Below are positions 11,212 through 20,121 of a stretch of DNA of 32,000 nt, piece by piece. Source of the DNA: PVC group bacterium (GTDB taxonomy: Bacteria > GCA-001730085 > JADFSZ01); NCBI GenBank assembly GCA_022560555.1, contig JADFSZ010000001.1, forward strand, positions 4,006 to 36,005. Reading direction: 5' to 3'. Under the pieces are notes generated by a model. That model did not search any database, was not told where the DNA came from, and worked only from the letters and a program-made list of their open reading frames with translations. The first letter of the stretch is position 1, and each line of letters starts with the position of its first letter. A program made the translations under genes and the position numbers.

Positions 11212-11923
11212 AAGAGAAACCCAGGAAGAAATTTGGGCGATGTTTGATCAAATCGCCCCCCGGTACGATCTAGCCAACCGTCTTTTATCCTTTGGCCAAG
11301 ACGTCTTATGGCGAAAGAATATAACGCAAGCCATCCCCAATGAGTCATCTTATGATGTTCTGGATGTCGCAACGGGAACCGCGGATGTTCCTTTATCGTT
11401 AGTCAAAAACAAGAAAAGTATTCGCAAAGTTTACGGCATCGATATGTCATCGGAAATGCTCAAAGTCGGAACTAGAAAGATAGCTGAGCATTCTTTAGAG
11501 AATAAAATCAGCTTGTCCCTCGGTGATGCTACAGATATTCCCTTCCCTGATAATCGTTTTGATGTTGTAACAATCGCATTCGGCATTCGCAACATTAAAG
11601 ACACAAAAAAAGCTCTTCAAGAAATGAAACGTGTCTGCAAACCTGGCGGCTCTGTCATTATTCTAGAATTTTCACTTCCTGAAAACCCCCTCATGCGAAA
11701 ATTTTATCTTTTCTACTTTCAAAAGGTTCTTCCGGTTGTCGCGGGATGGATCACGGGAAAAAAGGATGCATATCGCTATCTCAACAGCACGGTCATGGCC
11801 TTTCCTTATGGCCGTGAGTTCAGCTCACTTCTTCAACAGGCAGGATTTATCGATATCAAAACCTCCACCCTTTCATGGGGCATTGCCTCTTTATATCAAG
11901 CGCATATTGGGCATTCCGTATGA
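11186..11923 (+). CDS. ubiE: Demethylmenaquinone/ubiquinone C-methyltransferase (UbiE/MenG)
   Basis: MFDQIAPRYDLANRLLSFGQDVLWRK, SAM motif VLDVATGTAD, FGIRN and YLNSTV blocks. Overlaps the trxB 3' end by 26 nt. A later ATG at 11240 is possible. Confidence 0.88.
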   Translation: MTNQTLESKRETQEEIWAMFDQIAPRYDLANRLLSFGQDVLWRKNITQAIPNESSYDVLDVATGTADVPLSLVKNKKSIRKVYGIDMSSEMLKVGTRKIAEHSLENKISLSLGDATDIPFPDNRFDVVTIAFGIRNIKDTKKALQEMKRVCKPGGSVIILEFSLPENPLMRKFYLFYFQKVLPVVAGWITGKKDAYRYLNSTVMAFPYGREFSSLLQQAGFIDIKTSTLSWGIASLYQAHIGHSV

Positions 11924-13281
11924 GTCCTGTTAAAAACATTATTGAGCTCTGTGACATCACTTTAATGCTCAGAGAGAAAATCCACAATCTTGACACAAAC
12001 TCAGACAAGAACCTATTTCGAATTGAAATTGATATCCAGGAATACTCGCCGTTAGATTGGCTTCTGGGACAGCACCATCCACTTCAATTTTACTGGGAAA
12101 GTCGTGACGGCAAATTCGAAGTCGCGTGGATCGGCTCAACAAAGAAATTTTTCTATCCTCAATCATTCGATTTAAAAACGCTCCATAATGAGATTCAAGA
12201 CCTCATAACACAGGACAGCTCTCTGTTTTTACGTGTTTATGGGGGCCTGGCTTTTAGTAACAGAACCTCTCATGGATCTTTATGGAACCCGTTTGGTCAG
12301 GGAAGTTTTGTTTTGCCGCGTTTGGAGCTCATTCGTAACGATGATCAATATCTATGCGCGATCAACATCCTGAATAGCTCTCAAGACATTTCCTTAGCTC
12401 TGGAGGAACTCTCTCGAGTCCATTTTAAGCCCGGGTCTTCCGATAAAATTTATCCCGAGATCATTTCCCGGACGGATCTTCCCGATAAACCGACATGGAA
12501 GGAACAAATTGAAGAAGCTCTTTTAGCTTTTCAAGAAAAGAGAATTGAAAAAATTGTCCTTGCTCGAAAATCCACTTTTAAATTCGCGAACAAGATCCCC
12601 CCGCTTCTTCTTTTAAAAAGGCTTAAACAGATTTCAGCTCAATGCTATTATTTTTATTTTCAGCCATGTCCTCACACGGCATTTTTAGGGGCTTCGCCTG
12701 AACAGCTTTACAAAAGAGACCATCAAACGATGTGGACCGAAGCCCTGGCCGGAACGCGTCCCCGGGGGAAATCGGCCAAAACAGATCAGATGTGGAGTGA
12801 TGAGCTTCTGACGTGCGACAAGGATATTCGCGAGCATGGTTTTGTCATCCACGGTATCCGTGAAATCTTGAGTACAATATCGAGCAAGATCGAGGAAGAC
12901 CCTCAACTTAATATTTTAAAACTCACCGGTGGTCAACACCTCCTTTATAGATTCAAAAGCCTATGCCATCCAAATGTAAGCGATGCTGAAATCTTAATGG
13001 CTCTATCCCCTACGCCGGCTGTTGCGGGTTATCCAACCCAAAACGCTCTATCTATGATTGAAGAAATAGAGAATTTTGATCGGGGCTGGTACGCGGGGCC
13101 CATCGGGTGGTTGGGACATAATCAAGCCGAATTCGCGGTGGCCATTCGTTCAGGTTTAATGTGCGACAATCAACTGGATCTCTTTTCAGGCGCCGGGATC
13201 GTTAAAGGCTCGGTTCCGGATGCCGAGTGGGACGAAATCGAGGCAAAAATCGGCAGTTTCACAAAAGCCTTTTTGATCTAA
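11920..13281 (+). CDS. menF: Isochorismate synthase MenF
   Basis: Start ATG at 11920 forms an ATGA overlap with the ubiE stop. Chorismate-binding C-terminal blocks SPTPAVAGYP, RGWYAGPIGW, EFAVAIRS and GAGIVKGSVPDAEWDEIEAK. Confidence 0.85.
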   Translation: MSPVKNIIELCDITLMLREKIHNLDTNSDKNLFRIEIDIQEYSPLDWLLGQHHPLQFYWESRDGKFEVAWIGSTKKFFYPQSFDLKTLHNEIQDLITQDSSLFLRVYGGLAFSNRTSHGSLWNPFGQGSFVLPRLELIRNDDQYLCAINILNSSQDISLALEELSRVHFKPGSSDKIYPEIISRTDLPDKPTWKEQIEEALLAFQEKRIEKIVLARKSTFKFANKIPPLLLLKRLKQISAQCYYFYFQPCPHTAFLGASPEQLYKRDHQTMWTEALAGTRPRGKSAKTDQMWSDELLTCDKDIREHGFVIHGIREILSTISSKIEEDPQLNILKLTGGQHLLYRFKSLCHPNVSDAEILMALSPTPAVAGYPTQNALSMIEEIENFDRGWYAGPIGWLGHNQAEFAVAIRSGLMCDNQLDLFSGAGIVKGSVPDAEWDEIEAKIGSFTKAFLI

Positions 13282-13331
13282 CTCTTTTTAAGAGGAAAAT
13301 TTTTAAAGAAACATATCTTAAAGAAAAAATT

Positions 13332-15089
13332 ATGCTTACACAAAATCTTAATATGCTTTGGGCGTCTTTAATGGTTGAGGAGCTTATTCGGAACGGGGTT
13401 GACACATTTGTTATCTCCACCGGTTCTCGTTCTACGCCTCTGGTTGTCGCCGCCGCCGAAAATCCCAAAGCAAAAACAATTGTTCATTTTGATGAACGAG
13501 GGGCGGCCTATTTTGCCTTAGGATACGCGAAAACGAATCAAAAACCCGCGTGTGTGATATCAACATCCGGCTCGGCTGTGGCCAACCTTTTACCAGCCGT
13601 TGTTGAAGCCGCGCATGATCATACTCCTCTCATTATCCTTTCGGCAGACCGACCGCCTGAATTAAGGGATACATCTGCCAATCAGACAATTGATCAAACG
13701 AAAATTTTTGGATCATTCGTCCGATGGTTTTTTGATATGCCTTGTCCGGATCAACATATTGAGCCCCATGTGGTTTTATCTACTATCGATTATGCTCTTT
13801 GGAGAGCCACCGCTTTGTCACCGGGGCCTGTTCATATTAACACCATGTACCGTGAACCACTTGATCTTCTCCCAAATAAAGATTTTGATGAGGCCTATCT
13901 CTCCAAGATAGCCTCCTGGCATCTTTTGGACACGCCTTGGACAACATATCATCATCCGGTCATCCAAAGCACCGCTCAAGACACACAAGAACTCCTTCAA
14001 CATATTCAAAGCGCCAAAAATGGAATTGTTGTTCTTGGTCGAATGACATCCTCTGAAGCAAAATCAGCAGCGGAGCTGACAAAACGGTTAGGCTGGCCCG
14101 TTTATGTTGATACGGTGTCCCAGGCAGGTGACATCCTGCCTAATAACCTCGTCATTCATCACCTTGAGCACATTATCAATAATTCAGAAAATCTAGAAAA
14201 TCTCCACGCCGATCTTATTCTTCATATTGGAGGCAGCCTCATTTCAAAATCTGTCTCAAAATTTTTTCAAAATCAGAATGCTGAAAAATATATTCATATT
14301 ACGGACACCCCGGAGCGCTCAGATCCGTCTCATTGCGTCACGCATCGCATCATGTCAAAAATCCATCCCATTTTAGACGCACTAAAAATCCTTTCTTCAT
14401 TTTCTCCTTCGCCGTCTCATCTTTTATTCCCATTAAAAAGTTTATCCGACAGCATTCATGCATCCATAGAACACACGATGATCAATGAGCAAGAACTTCA
14501 TGAGCCTTTGATTTCCTATCTTGTTTCTAAAAACATCCAAAAAAACACCGGCCTTTTTATATCCAATAGCATGCCAATTAGAGATTTTAATATGTTTGGA
14601 AAGTATTCGTCCGCATCCATATCCATTACAACAAATCGCGGAGCAAGCGGCATTGATGGAAATCTTGCTACCGCGATTGGATTTGCTTATCGAACACAAC
14701 TGCCCACCATTGCCATTTTGGGAGATTTGGCATTTCTCCATGATCTCAATTCTTTGATGCTCCTCGAGAGCATCAAAAGCCCTTTTCTTATGATAATTGT
14801 CAACAATAATGGCAGCGATATCTTCTCCTATTTGCCCATGGCATCCTGGGACAAAGAAAAATTTGAATCTTTTTTTGCGACACCTCACAACCGAACGATG
14901 GAGGACGTCAGTCAACTTGGACGTGTATCTTATCAAAAGCCCGCTTCGCCCGAAGACCTTGAGAATATTCTGAAAACCTTTATGGATTCAGCTAAACCTG
15001 TATTGGCAGAGATTATTCTTGATCGCTCAAAGACACCTTCTATTCGACAGCGCCTCAATTCAACAATTTTCTCTCAATTATCAACATGA
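13332..15089 (+). CDS. menD: SEPHCHC synthase MenD (ThDP-dependent)
   Basis: Start ATG at 13332 (MLTQNLNMLWASLMVEELIRNGVD). STGSRSTPL, FDERGAAYFALGYAK, SADRPPELRDTSANQTIDQ and ThDP motif GDLAFLHDLNSL...NNNGSDIF. Confidence 0.9.
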   Translation: MLTQNLNMLWASLMVEELIRNGVDTFVISTGSRSTPLVVAAAENPKAKTIVHFDERGAAYFALGYAKTNQKPACVISTSGSAVANLLPAVVEAAHDHTPLIILSADRPPELRDTSANQTIDQTKIFGSFVRWFFDMPCPDQHIEPHVVLSTIDYALWRATALSPGPVHINTMYREPLDLLPNKDFDEAYLSKIASWHLLDTPWTTYHHPVIQSTAQDTQELLQHIQSAKNGIVVLGRMTSSEAKSAAELTKRLGWPVYVDTVSQAGDILPNNLVIHHLEHIINNSENLENLHADLILHIGGSLISKSVSKFFQNQNAEKYIHITDTPERSDPSHCVTHRIMSKIHPILDALKILSSFSPSPSHLLFPLKSLSDSIHASIEHTMINEQELHEPLISYLVSKNIQKNTGLFISNSMPIRDFNMFGKYSSASISITTNRGASGIDGNLATAIGFAYRTQLPTIAILGDLAFLHDLNSLMLLESIKSPFLMIIVNNNGSDIFSYLPMASWDKEKFESFFATPHNRTMEDVSQLGRVSYQKPASPEDLENILKTFMDSAKPVLAEIILDRSKTPSIRQRLNSTIFSQLST

Positions 15090-15895
15090 CTGCCCCCTTT
15101 AAGCTCTTCTATCAAACATACGGAAACCCTTCACATCCACCCATCCTATTTCTTCATGGATTTCTCGGATCTCATCGTGATTGGGAATCTATCATTTCAC
15201 AATGCCTTCCTAATTACTTTTCCATAGCGGTTGATCTTCCCGGTCACGGAAAAAGCCCGATATCCGGATCTATTATGACTTTTTCACTGTGTACGGATGC
15301 ACTTGAAGCGGTTTTAAAAGATCTGGGAAGTCTAAAGCCGTTAGCGGTAGGTTACTCCATGGGGGGCCGTCTTCTTTTATGGACGGCCATCCATCGACCT
15401 CATCTGTTTTCTCGGATTCTTCTTGAAAGCGTCCATCCCGGCATTGAGGAAGAAAAGGAACAAGATCAGCGCATCCAATCAGACGCATTATTGTCCCAAA
15501 AACTGAAAGTGATGCCCTTCAATGATTTTCTAAGATATTGGTATCGCTCAAGCATGTTCGCCTCTCTTGTACAAACACCGGACGCACTCGAGAGCATCAT
15601 CCGGCTACGATTAGACAACAATCCCGAAGAATTATCTCAAGCCTTAAAATATCTAGGAACGGGCCGGCAACAACCTCTGTGGGGAGAGCTTAAAAATCTA
15701 AATATTCCTGTGCATTTGCTTGCAGGAGTTTTGGATGAGCACTACGTCCGTATTGCAAGAAGAATCAAAAATATATTGCCTGAGAGTTCTCTTCATTTGA
15801 TCCCAAAAACGGGTCACAATATTCACCTGGAAAATCCTAAAGAATTTTGCCTGCATCTGCATAACTTCTTGACCCTAGAGTTCAACACCCATTAA
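15086..15895 (+). CDS. menH: SHCHC synthase MenH (alpha/beta hydrolase)
   Basis: ATGA overlap with the menD stop. HGFLGS oxyanion region, nucleophile elbow GYSMGGR and C-terminal GHNIH. Assigned as MenH from operon context. Confidence 0.72.
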   Translation: MTAPFKLFYQTYGNPSHPPILFLHGFLGSHRDWESIISQCLPNYFSIAVDLPGHGKSPISGSIMTFSLCTDALEAVLKDLGSLKPLAVGYSMGGRLLLWTAIHRPHLFSRILLESVHPGIEEEKEQDQRIQSDALLSQKLKVMPFNDFLRYWYRSSMFASLVQTPDALESIIRLRLDNNPEELSQALKYLGTGRQQPLWGELKNLNIPVHLLAGVLDEHYVRIARRIKNILPESSLHLIPKTGHNIHLENPKEFCLHLHNFLTLEFNTH

Positions 15896-17332
15896 ATACA
15901 ATTTTTGGTATCCGTAATCTCCTTCTAATAGCGCGTTCGTAAAATTAAATTTACGCTGATATTCTAGAATTTCTTTCTTGTCTCTTACAACGAAAAACGC
16001 TTTCGATTTATTCGGGGGCAACTCTTCGATTGCTTTTTTGGGTTTATCAAATAACCAAACCGTATCCGGCAATCCTTTCATGCGCCCTGCTAAGATCAGA
16101 GAGTAAGGATCCGCTGCAGAAGAGATGTACACAAAGACATTCGAATCAGTTTGATACACATCTCTGATTTTTTTGGCCAATTCCAGAGGATGAAACTCGT
16201 CCAGATAATAAGGCGCAACAAGATCATCCTGCTCCTGTTGAGGCGAAAGAATTGAAGAGAAAATATGGATATTTTGTTTAACGAATTGGCTCCATACAAC
16301 CGTAAGGATGAGAATAATAACAGCGATTATTTTACCATAATACGGATACCGCAATCGTACCCACGATAAGGCCGTCTTCAGCCATACAGAAGATCCAAAA
16401 TACCATAAAGGAAGGAAAATTAGAAACACGCGTGGGTAGGGAGACGGATTTAGGATCAATATTATAATCAACGGAAGCATAAATGAAAAAAGGATCATGG
16501 TATGACACGAATGGTTTTTTAAAAGGCTTGCAAGCCGACGAACTCTTAAAAATATTCCCAGAAGTATCACGAGCACCATCGGCAGACACGCCATAAACAC
16601 CGCTCCATATAAGTGTTCCATAGTTTGCCACGGACTACTCCAACCTGCCTGCCGTCCGGCAAATGTCACCATACTGGACATCTTGGGAAGATACATAATA
16701 CCCGAAGACAATGCGAGACTGCTGATCACCAACCTAGTTTTAAGACAACCTCTCGATTGGGTAAGAAAGAGTGGCATTAGGGCGATAAAATAAAAAATAT
16801 TGAAGGGAACAACCCACACAGCTAAAAAGGTCAAGCCCACAAAAAGAAACCCGCCGCGTCTCACTTCCCCGCGCCGAATAAGCTGCGCACTCCAGAGACC
16901 GAGAACGCCCAGCCACATGGACAACATATATCCGCGAACCGCGCATCCATAGATACTAAATGGTACAGATGTGATAAAAGCCGTTATTCCGAGGAGGGTA
17001 GGCCAAAAACCGAGCGGACGATACCACACACGCCATATTGTGATAACAACACATCCGGATAAGACAAAAGACAACAAACGAAACAAAAAAATGGGATCTT
17101 GAAACCATGATTCTAAAGCTAAAGTCCAGAACCGCAATAGTACATTAAATCCGATATGATTATTGGGAATAGGATAATAGGAAAATATCTCTAAAAAAGA
17201 AGGGAGTGTAACAAATTCAATAATCGTTAATGCCTCATCATACCATAAAGGGCGGCTTAAATGAGGCACCAACAGAGTCCATGACACACACAGTGTAAGC
17301 AGGCCCACCAATTGTACTTTTCGTTCCCTCAT
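15875..17332 (-). CDS. GT-C fold membrane glycosyltransferase (family 39/PMT_2/ArnT-like)
   Basis: 485 aa with about 11 predicted TM helices, a first-loop acidic motif PLWYDEALTI typical of GT39/83-type enzymes, and a ~130-aa soluble C-terminal domain. The 3' end overlaps the menH 3' end by 21 nt (convergent). Confidence 0.55.
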   Translation of the reverse strand: MRERKVQLVGLLTLCVSWTLLVPHLSRPLWYDEALTIIEFVTLPSFLEIFSYYPIPNNHIGFNVLLRFWTLALESWFQDPIFLFRLLSFVLSGCVVITIWRVWYRPLGFWPTLLGITAFITSVPFSIYGCAVRGYMLSMWLGVLGLWSAQLIRRGEVRRGGFLFVGLTFLAVWVVPFNIFYFIALMPLFLTQSRGCLKTRLVISSLALSSGIMYLPKMSSMVTFAGRQAGWSSPWQTMEHLYGAVFMACLPMVLVILLGIFLRVRRLASLLKNHSCHTMILFSFMLPLIIILILNPSPYPRVFLIFLPLWYFGSSVWLKTALSWVRLRYPYYGKIIAVIILILTVVWSQFVKQNIHIFSSILSPQQEQDDLVAPYYLDEFHPLELAKKIRDVYQTDSNVFVYISSAADPYSLILAGRMKGLPDTVWLFDKPKKAIEELPPNKSKAFFVVRDKKEILEYQRKFNFTNALLEGDYGYQKLYLMGVEL

Positions 17333-17368
17333 AAATGCCGATAGTGAAAACGCACTGAGTTCTTCGCT

Positions 17369-17809
17369 TTACCTTGATGTGTCTTCATAAATAATATAAT
17401 TGGGAAATTTATCGGCATATTTTCCAATCCACTCTAATGCGGCCTCTTCTCCCGTAAGCACACGACCCTCTTTTTGGAAGATTTCTTTTTTATATTGTTC
17501 AATATAACAGATCTGTTCTACCATACGGATTCGATTTTCGTCTTGAGGATTTACAAATTTCACACCAACATGATATTCACCTTTGGTCTTCCGGCACCAA
17601 ACAACAGTGGCTTTAACCTGAAATACCGGATCAACCAAAGGGATTTTTATATGAATGATGGCCCCTTCCTTTAGGGTGACCTTTGATCGAAATGATAATC
17701 CGCCTACACTGATATCATCTAAATAATCTTTTGTATCCACGGCAACATCGGCAAGCTGAATATCAATGGGAATATTTGACGGATGTCTGATGAATTCGCG
17801 AAATTTCAT
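17369..17809 (-). CDS. Stand-alone PilZ domain protein (c-di-GMP receptor type) with ~50-aa helical C-terminal extension
   Basis: N-terminal REFIR (RxxxR) and DISVGG (DxSxxG), with a beta-rich core between and after the two motifs. AGAGGG Shine-Dalgarno 5 nt upstream. Confidence 0.8.
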   Translation of the reverse strand: MKFREFIRHPSNIPIDIQLADVAVDTKDYLDDISVGGLSFRSKVTLKEGAIIHIKIPLVDPVFQVKATVVWCRKTKGEYHVGVKFVNPQDENRIRMVEQICYIEQYKKEIFQKEGRVLTGEEAALEWIGKYADKFPNYIIYEDTSR

Positions 17810-17828
17810 TTTGCCCTCTTTCTTTGTA

Positions 17829-18233
17829 TCATGATTTGTTTTTTTTAAGTTTGAGCGATACAGAATTGATACAATATCTTAAATTTGTCGGCGGAGGCCC
17901 GTCTTCAAACACATGCCCCAAATGCGCGTCACACAATGGGCACAATACTTCTTGCCGTACTCCGGATAAGCTTCGGTCCTTTTTGGTGCAAACAGAATCT
18001 TTCTGGATCGGCACCCAAAAGCTGGGCCAACCGGTACCCGAATCAAATTTTTCATCTGATCGAAAAAGATCATTCCCGCAACAGACGCATTGATATATCC
18101 CGGGGGCTTTTTCATCAAAATATCGATTTTGAAAAGGCGCCTCAGTGCCTTTTTCACGGCATATGGCATATTGCTCAGGTGTGAGGGCTGCTTGCCATTC
18201 TTTATCTGTTTTCTTTATTTTTTCTTTTTTCAT
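17829..18233 (-). CDS. msrB: Peptide-methionine (R)-S-oxide reductase MsrB
   Basis: 134 aa. CVCCGNDLFRSDEKFDSGTGWPSFW, a second CxxC (LCPLCDAHLGHVF) and EDGPPPTNLRYCINS. Confidence 0.95.
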   Translation of the reverse strand: MKKEKIKKTDKEWQAALTPEQYAICREKGTEAPFQNRYFDEKAPGIYQCVCCGNDLFRSDEKFDSGTGWPSFWVPIQKDSVCTKKDRSLSGVRQEVLCPLCDAHLGHVFEDGPPPTNLRYCINSVSLKLKKNKS

Positions 18234-18262
18234 CTTTCACGATTTGCGTCTTTGATTTAAAA

Positions 18263-18688
18263 TTATACCATACTTTCCCTAATTTGATTTAGGCAGCGCT
18301 GAAGCTCTTTTTTTCGAAACTCATCGGGGTTCCACAACTGAGTTAATCGCAGTTTTTGCGCCAAACCAGGAACATATGTGAGTGCCTTTACGTTTTCGGC
18401 ATTGTTCAGCTCGACAGTGACCTCCCGCTTAAGGTAAACACACTTTTCGGTTTCCTCAAAAACATCAATCTTGTTCATGGAGGCCGGATGGACATTGCGA
18501 ACTAAACACCCTTCAACACTTCCGGAAGTCTCAGGAACAATCACAGGATAAGCAATGGGATCATCCGTTTGGACTTTAATCCGTTGATACCCTTGAAGCA
18601 CCGCCCCTTTAAGGGCGTATTTTTTACCGATAAGGGCTTCGAGTATTTCAGGAAACATCAAACAGCCGTAAACGAAGAGATGTGGCAT
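18263..18688 (-). CDS. Gamma-glutamylcyclotransferase family protein (AIG2/GGACT-like)
   Basis: N-terminal LFVYGCLM (YGS/TL-type motif), GYQR, YPVIVP, VEGCL and a FEETE...Y.KRE pattern typical of the AIG2-like fold. Confidence 0.72.
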   Translation of the reverse strand: MPHLFVYGCLMFPEILEALIGKKYALKGAVLQGYQRIKVQTDDPIAYPVIVPETSGSVEGCLVRNVHPASMNKIDVFEETEKCVYLKREVTVELNNAENVKALTYVPGLAQKLRLTQLWNPDEFRKKELQRCLNQIRESMV

Positions 18689-18765
18689 AGATTAAATGAA
18701 AATTTAAATGTTAAGTTTCAAGATTCTAAAAACAATAAATGCGAATTTTTTAATTATAGCTGTGT

Positions 18766-19626
18766 TTATTCAAAATTCAGGTTTCCCGAATCGTTGCGAA
18801 TTTCGGAAATCGGTTCTCGATCTTCGATTACACATGCTTCAACTAAAGCCCCGTAAATGGCATGTCGATGCTGTTCATCCGGCATACGCTCCGGGTGCCA
18901 TTGCACCAACAAGCCAAAAGGATAGTCTTCAAGCTCCATAGCCTCAACAACACCATCGGGGCTCGTGGCAACCACTTTGAGCCCTTTCCCGGGTTTTTTA
19001 ACGGCCTGATGGTGAGACGAATTGACCTCAAGAGCCCCATCTCCCAGAATGTCCGCCAAATAAGATTTTTCACTAATGATAATAGGATGAGTGGCATCCT
19101 GGCTTGAGCGATGTGTCTCGGCATGATCAATTTCCGAGGGAATATCCTGAATCAAGGTTCCCTCCCGCACAACATTCACAAATTGGATTCCGAGACACAC
19201 CCCTAAAACAGGCTTTTTTGTTTGAAGCCATTCAGTGATAAATTGTTTCTCAAAGGCAAACCGCCTCTCACTCATCACGTTGACAGTTTCATCATTATGA
19301 TCATCATAAAATTCCGGGGGTATATCCATTCCACCGGTCAAAACAACACCGTCCAAAAGATCAAGGTAATAACGAATAATAGTTTCATCCGTAACAGGGG
19401 GTAAAACAACCGGGATGCCACCCGCCGCGATAACAGCTTGAACATAACTGTCGGATACAGTGATTTTTCCAAAGCCCTCCGTCTCATTGTCGTAAAACAT
19501 ACAAGTGATACCGATCAATGGTCTTTGTTCGGCTCCGGTAAGTACGGGCAAGAAACATAAACCAACAAAAAGGAGGACCCCTAAAATGAAAATCCTTTTG
19601 GAATAATTTTTTCGGATTTTTAACAT
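18766..19626 (-). CDS. Peptidase C26 / class-I glutamine amidotransferase-like gamma-glutamyl hydrolase (PuuD-like) with N-terminal signal/anchor sequence
   Basis: Nucleophile elbow GVCLGIQFVN, HHQAV and the His-Glu pair in VQWHPE. Start set to the ATG at 19626 (MLKIRKNYSKRIFILGVLLFVGLCFLPVLTGAEQ). The longer track ORF to 19875 runs through the csp terminator and the csp CDS in another frame. Confidence 0.82.
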   Translation of the reverse strand: MLKIRKNYSKRIFILGVLLFVGLCFLPVLTGAEQRPLIGITCMFYDNETEGFGKITVSDSYVQAVIAAGGIPVVLPPVTDETIIRYYLDLLDGVVLTGGMDIPPEFYDDHNDETVNVMSERRFAFEKQFITEWLQTKKPVLGVCLGIQFVNVVREGTLIQDIPSEIDHAETHRSSQDATHPIIISEKSYLADILGDGALEVNSSHHQAVKKPGKGLKVVATSPDGVVEAMELEDYPFGLLVQWHPERMPDEQHRHAIYGALVEACVIEDREPISEIRNDSGNLNFE

Positions 19627-19654
19627 ATCATAAAACTTTGTGTGGAAGTGTCCC

Positions 19655-19689
19655 AAAAAAGTAAATGCGGCATCCCAAAGACTGCCGCA
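19655..19689 (-). terminator. Rho-independent terminator downstream of csp
   Basis: Perfect 7-bp inverted repeat (tgcggca at 19666-19672, tgccgca at 19683-19689) with a 10-nt loop. On the - strand it is followed by UUUACUUUUUU (19655-19665). It lies 25 nt after the csp stop. Confidence 0.6.
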
Positions 19690-19714
19690 CTTCCTTAATT
19701 TTGCGATATGTTCT

Positions 19715-19927
19715 CTACTGCTGAAGAGTAACGTCTTGGGCTTGCAGCCCCTTTTCTCCTTCTGCAACGGTAAATTCGACTTTTTGTCCTTCTTCGAGAG
19801 ACTTGTAACCATCCCCGCTAATGGCCTTAAAATGCACGAAGACATCGCTGCCTTGTTCTCGTGTGATAAAACCATAACCCTTAGAAGAATTGAACCATTT
19901 TACAGTACCTTGCTCACGCTCTGCCAT
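19715..19927 (-). CDS. cspA: Cold-shock protein, CspA family
   Basis: 70 aa. RNP-1 KGYGFI and RNP-2 VFVHF motifs ([27 protein letters not shown]). Strong Shine-Dalgarno AAGGGGGTG upstream. Confidence 0.95.
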   Translation of the reverse strand: MAEREQGTVKWFNSSKGYGFITREQGSDVFVHFKAISGDGYKSLEEGQKVEFTVAEGEKGLQAQDVTLQQ

Positions 19928-20086
19928 AGATATTCACCCCCTTACCTTCGCTTGGTTCTGACCTGGACAGAGCGTTCGCGACCAGTTGCATAGGGAATGC
20001 GTGATACTGCAACTCTTTGGGTCCTGCTGCACACTGCAATTTCTGTACTGCGCCATAAAACCTCTGCCGTTACTAAAATAAACAAC
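19928..20086 (-). promoter_or_regulatory. Long (~155-160 nt) csp 5' leader
   Basis: Non-coding region between the predicted -10 (20093-20098) and the csp ATG. A long structured leader is the established arrangement for cspA-type genes. Structure not evaluated. Confidence 0.45.
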
Positions 20087-20092
20087 ATGGGT

Positions 20093-20121
20093 ATTATACA
20101 AAAATTTATTTAAGGATTCAA
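20093..20121 (-). promoter_or_regulatory. csp promoter: TTGAAT - 17 nt - TG-extended TATAAT
   Basis: Read on the - strand: ttgaat (20121-20116), tg (20100-20099), tataat (20098-20093). The -35 element overlaps the stop codon of the upstream methyltransferase gene. Confidence 0.55.

Noticed and set aside
18766-19875. Long 369-aa form of the C26 hydrolase ORF
   Set aside because: The first 83 codons run across the csp terminator hairpin and overlap the csp CDS in another frame. The ATG at 19626 gives a typical signal-peptide N-terminus.
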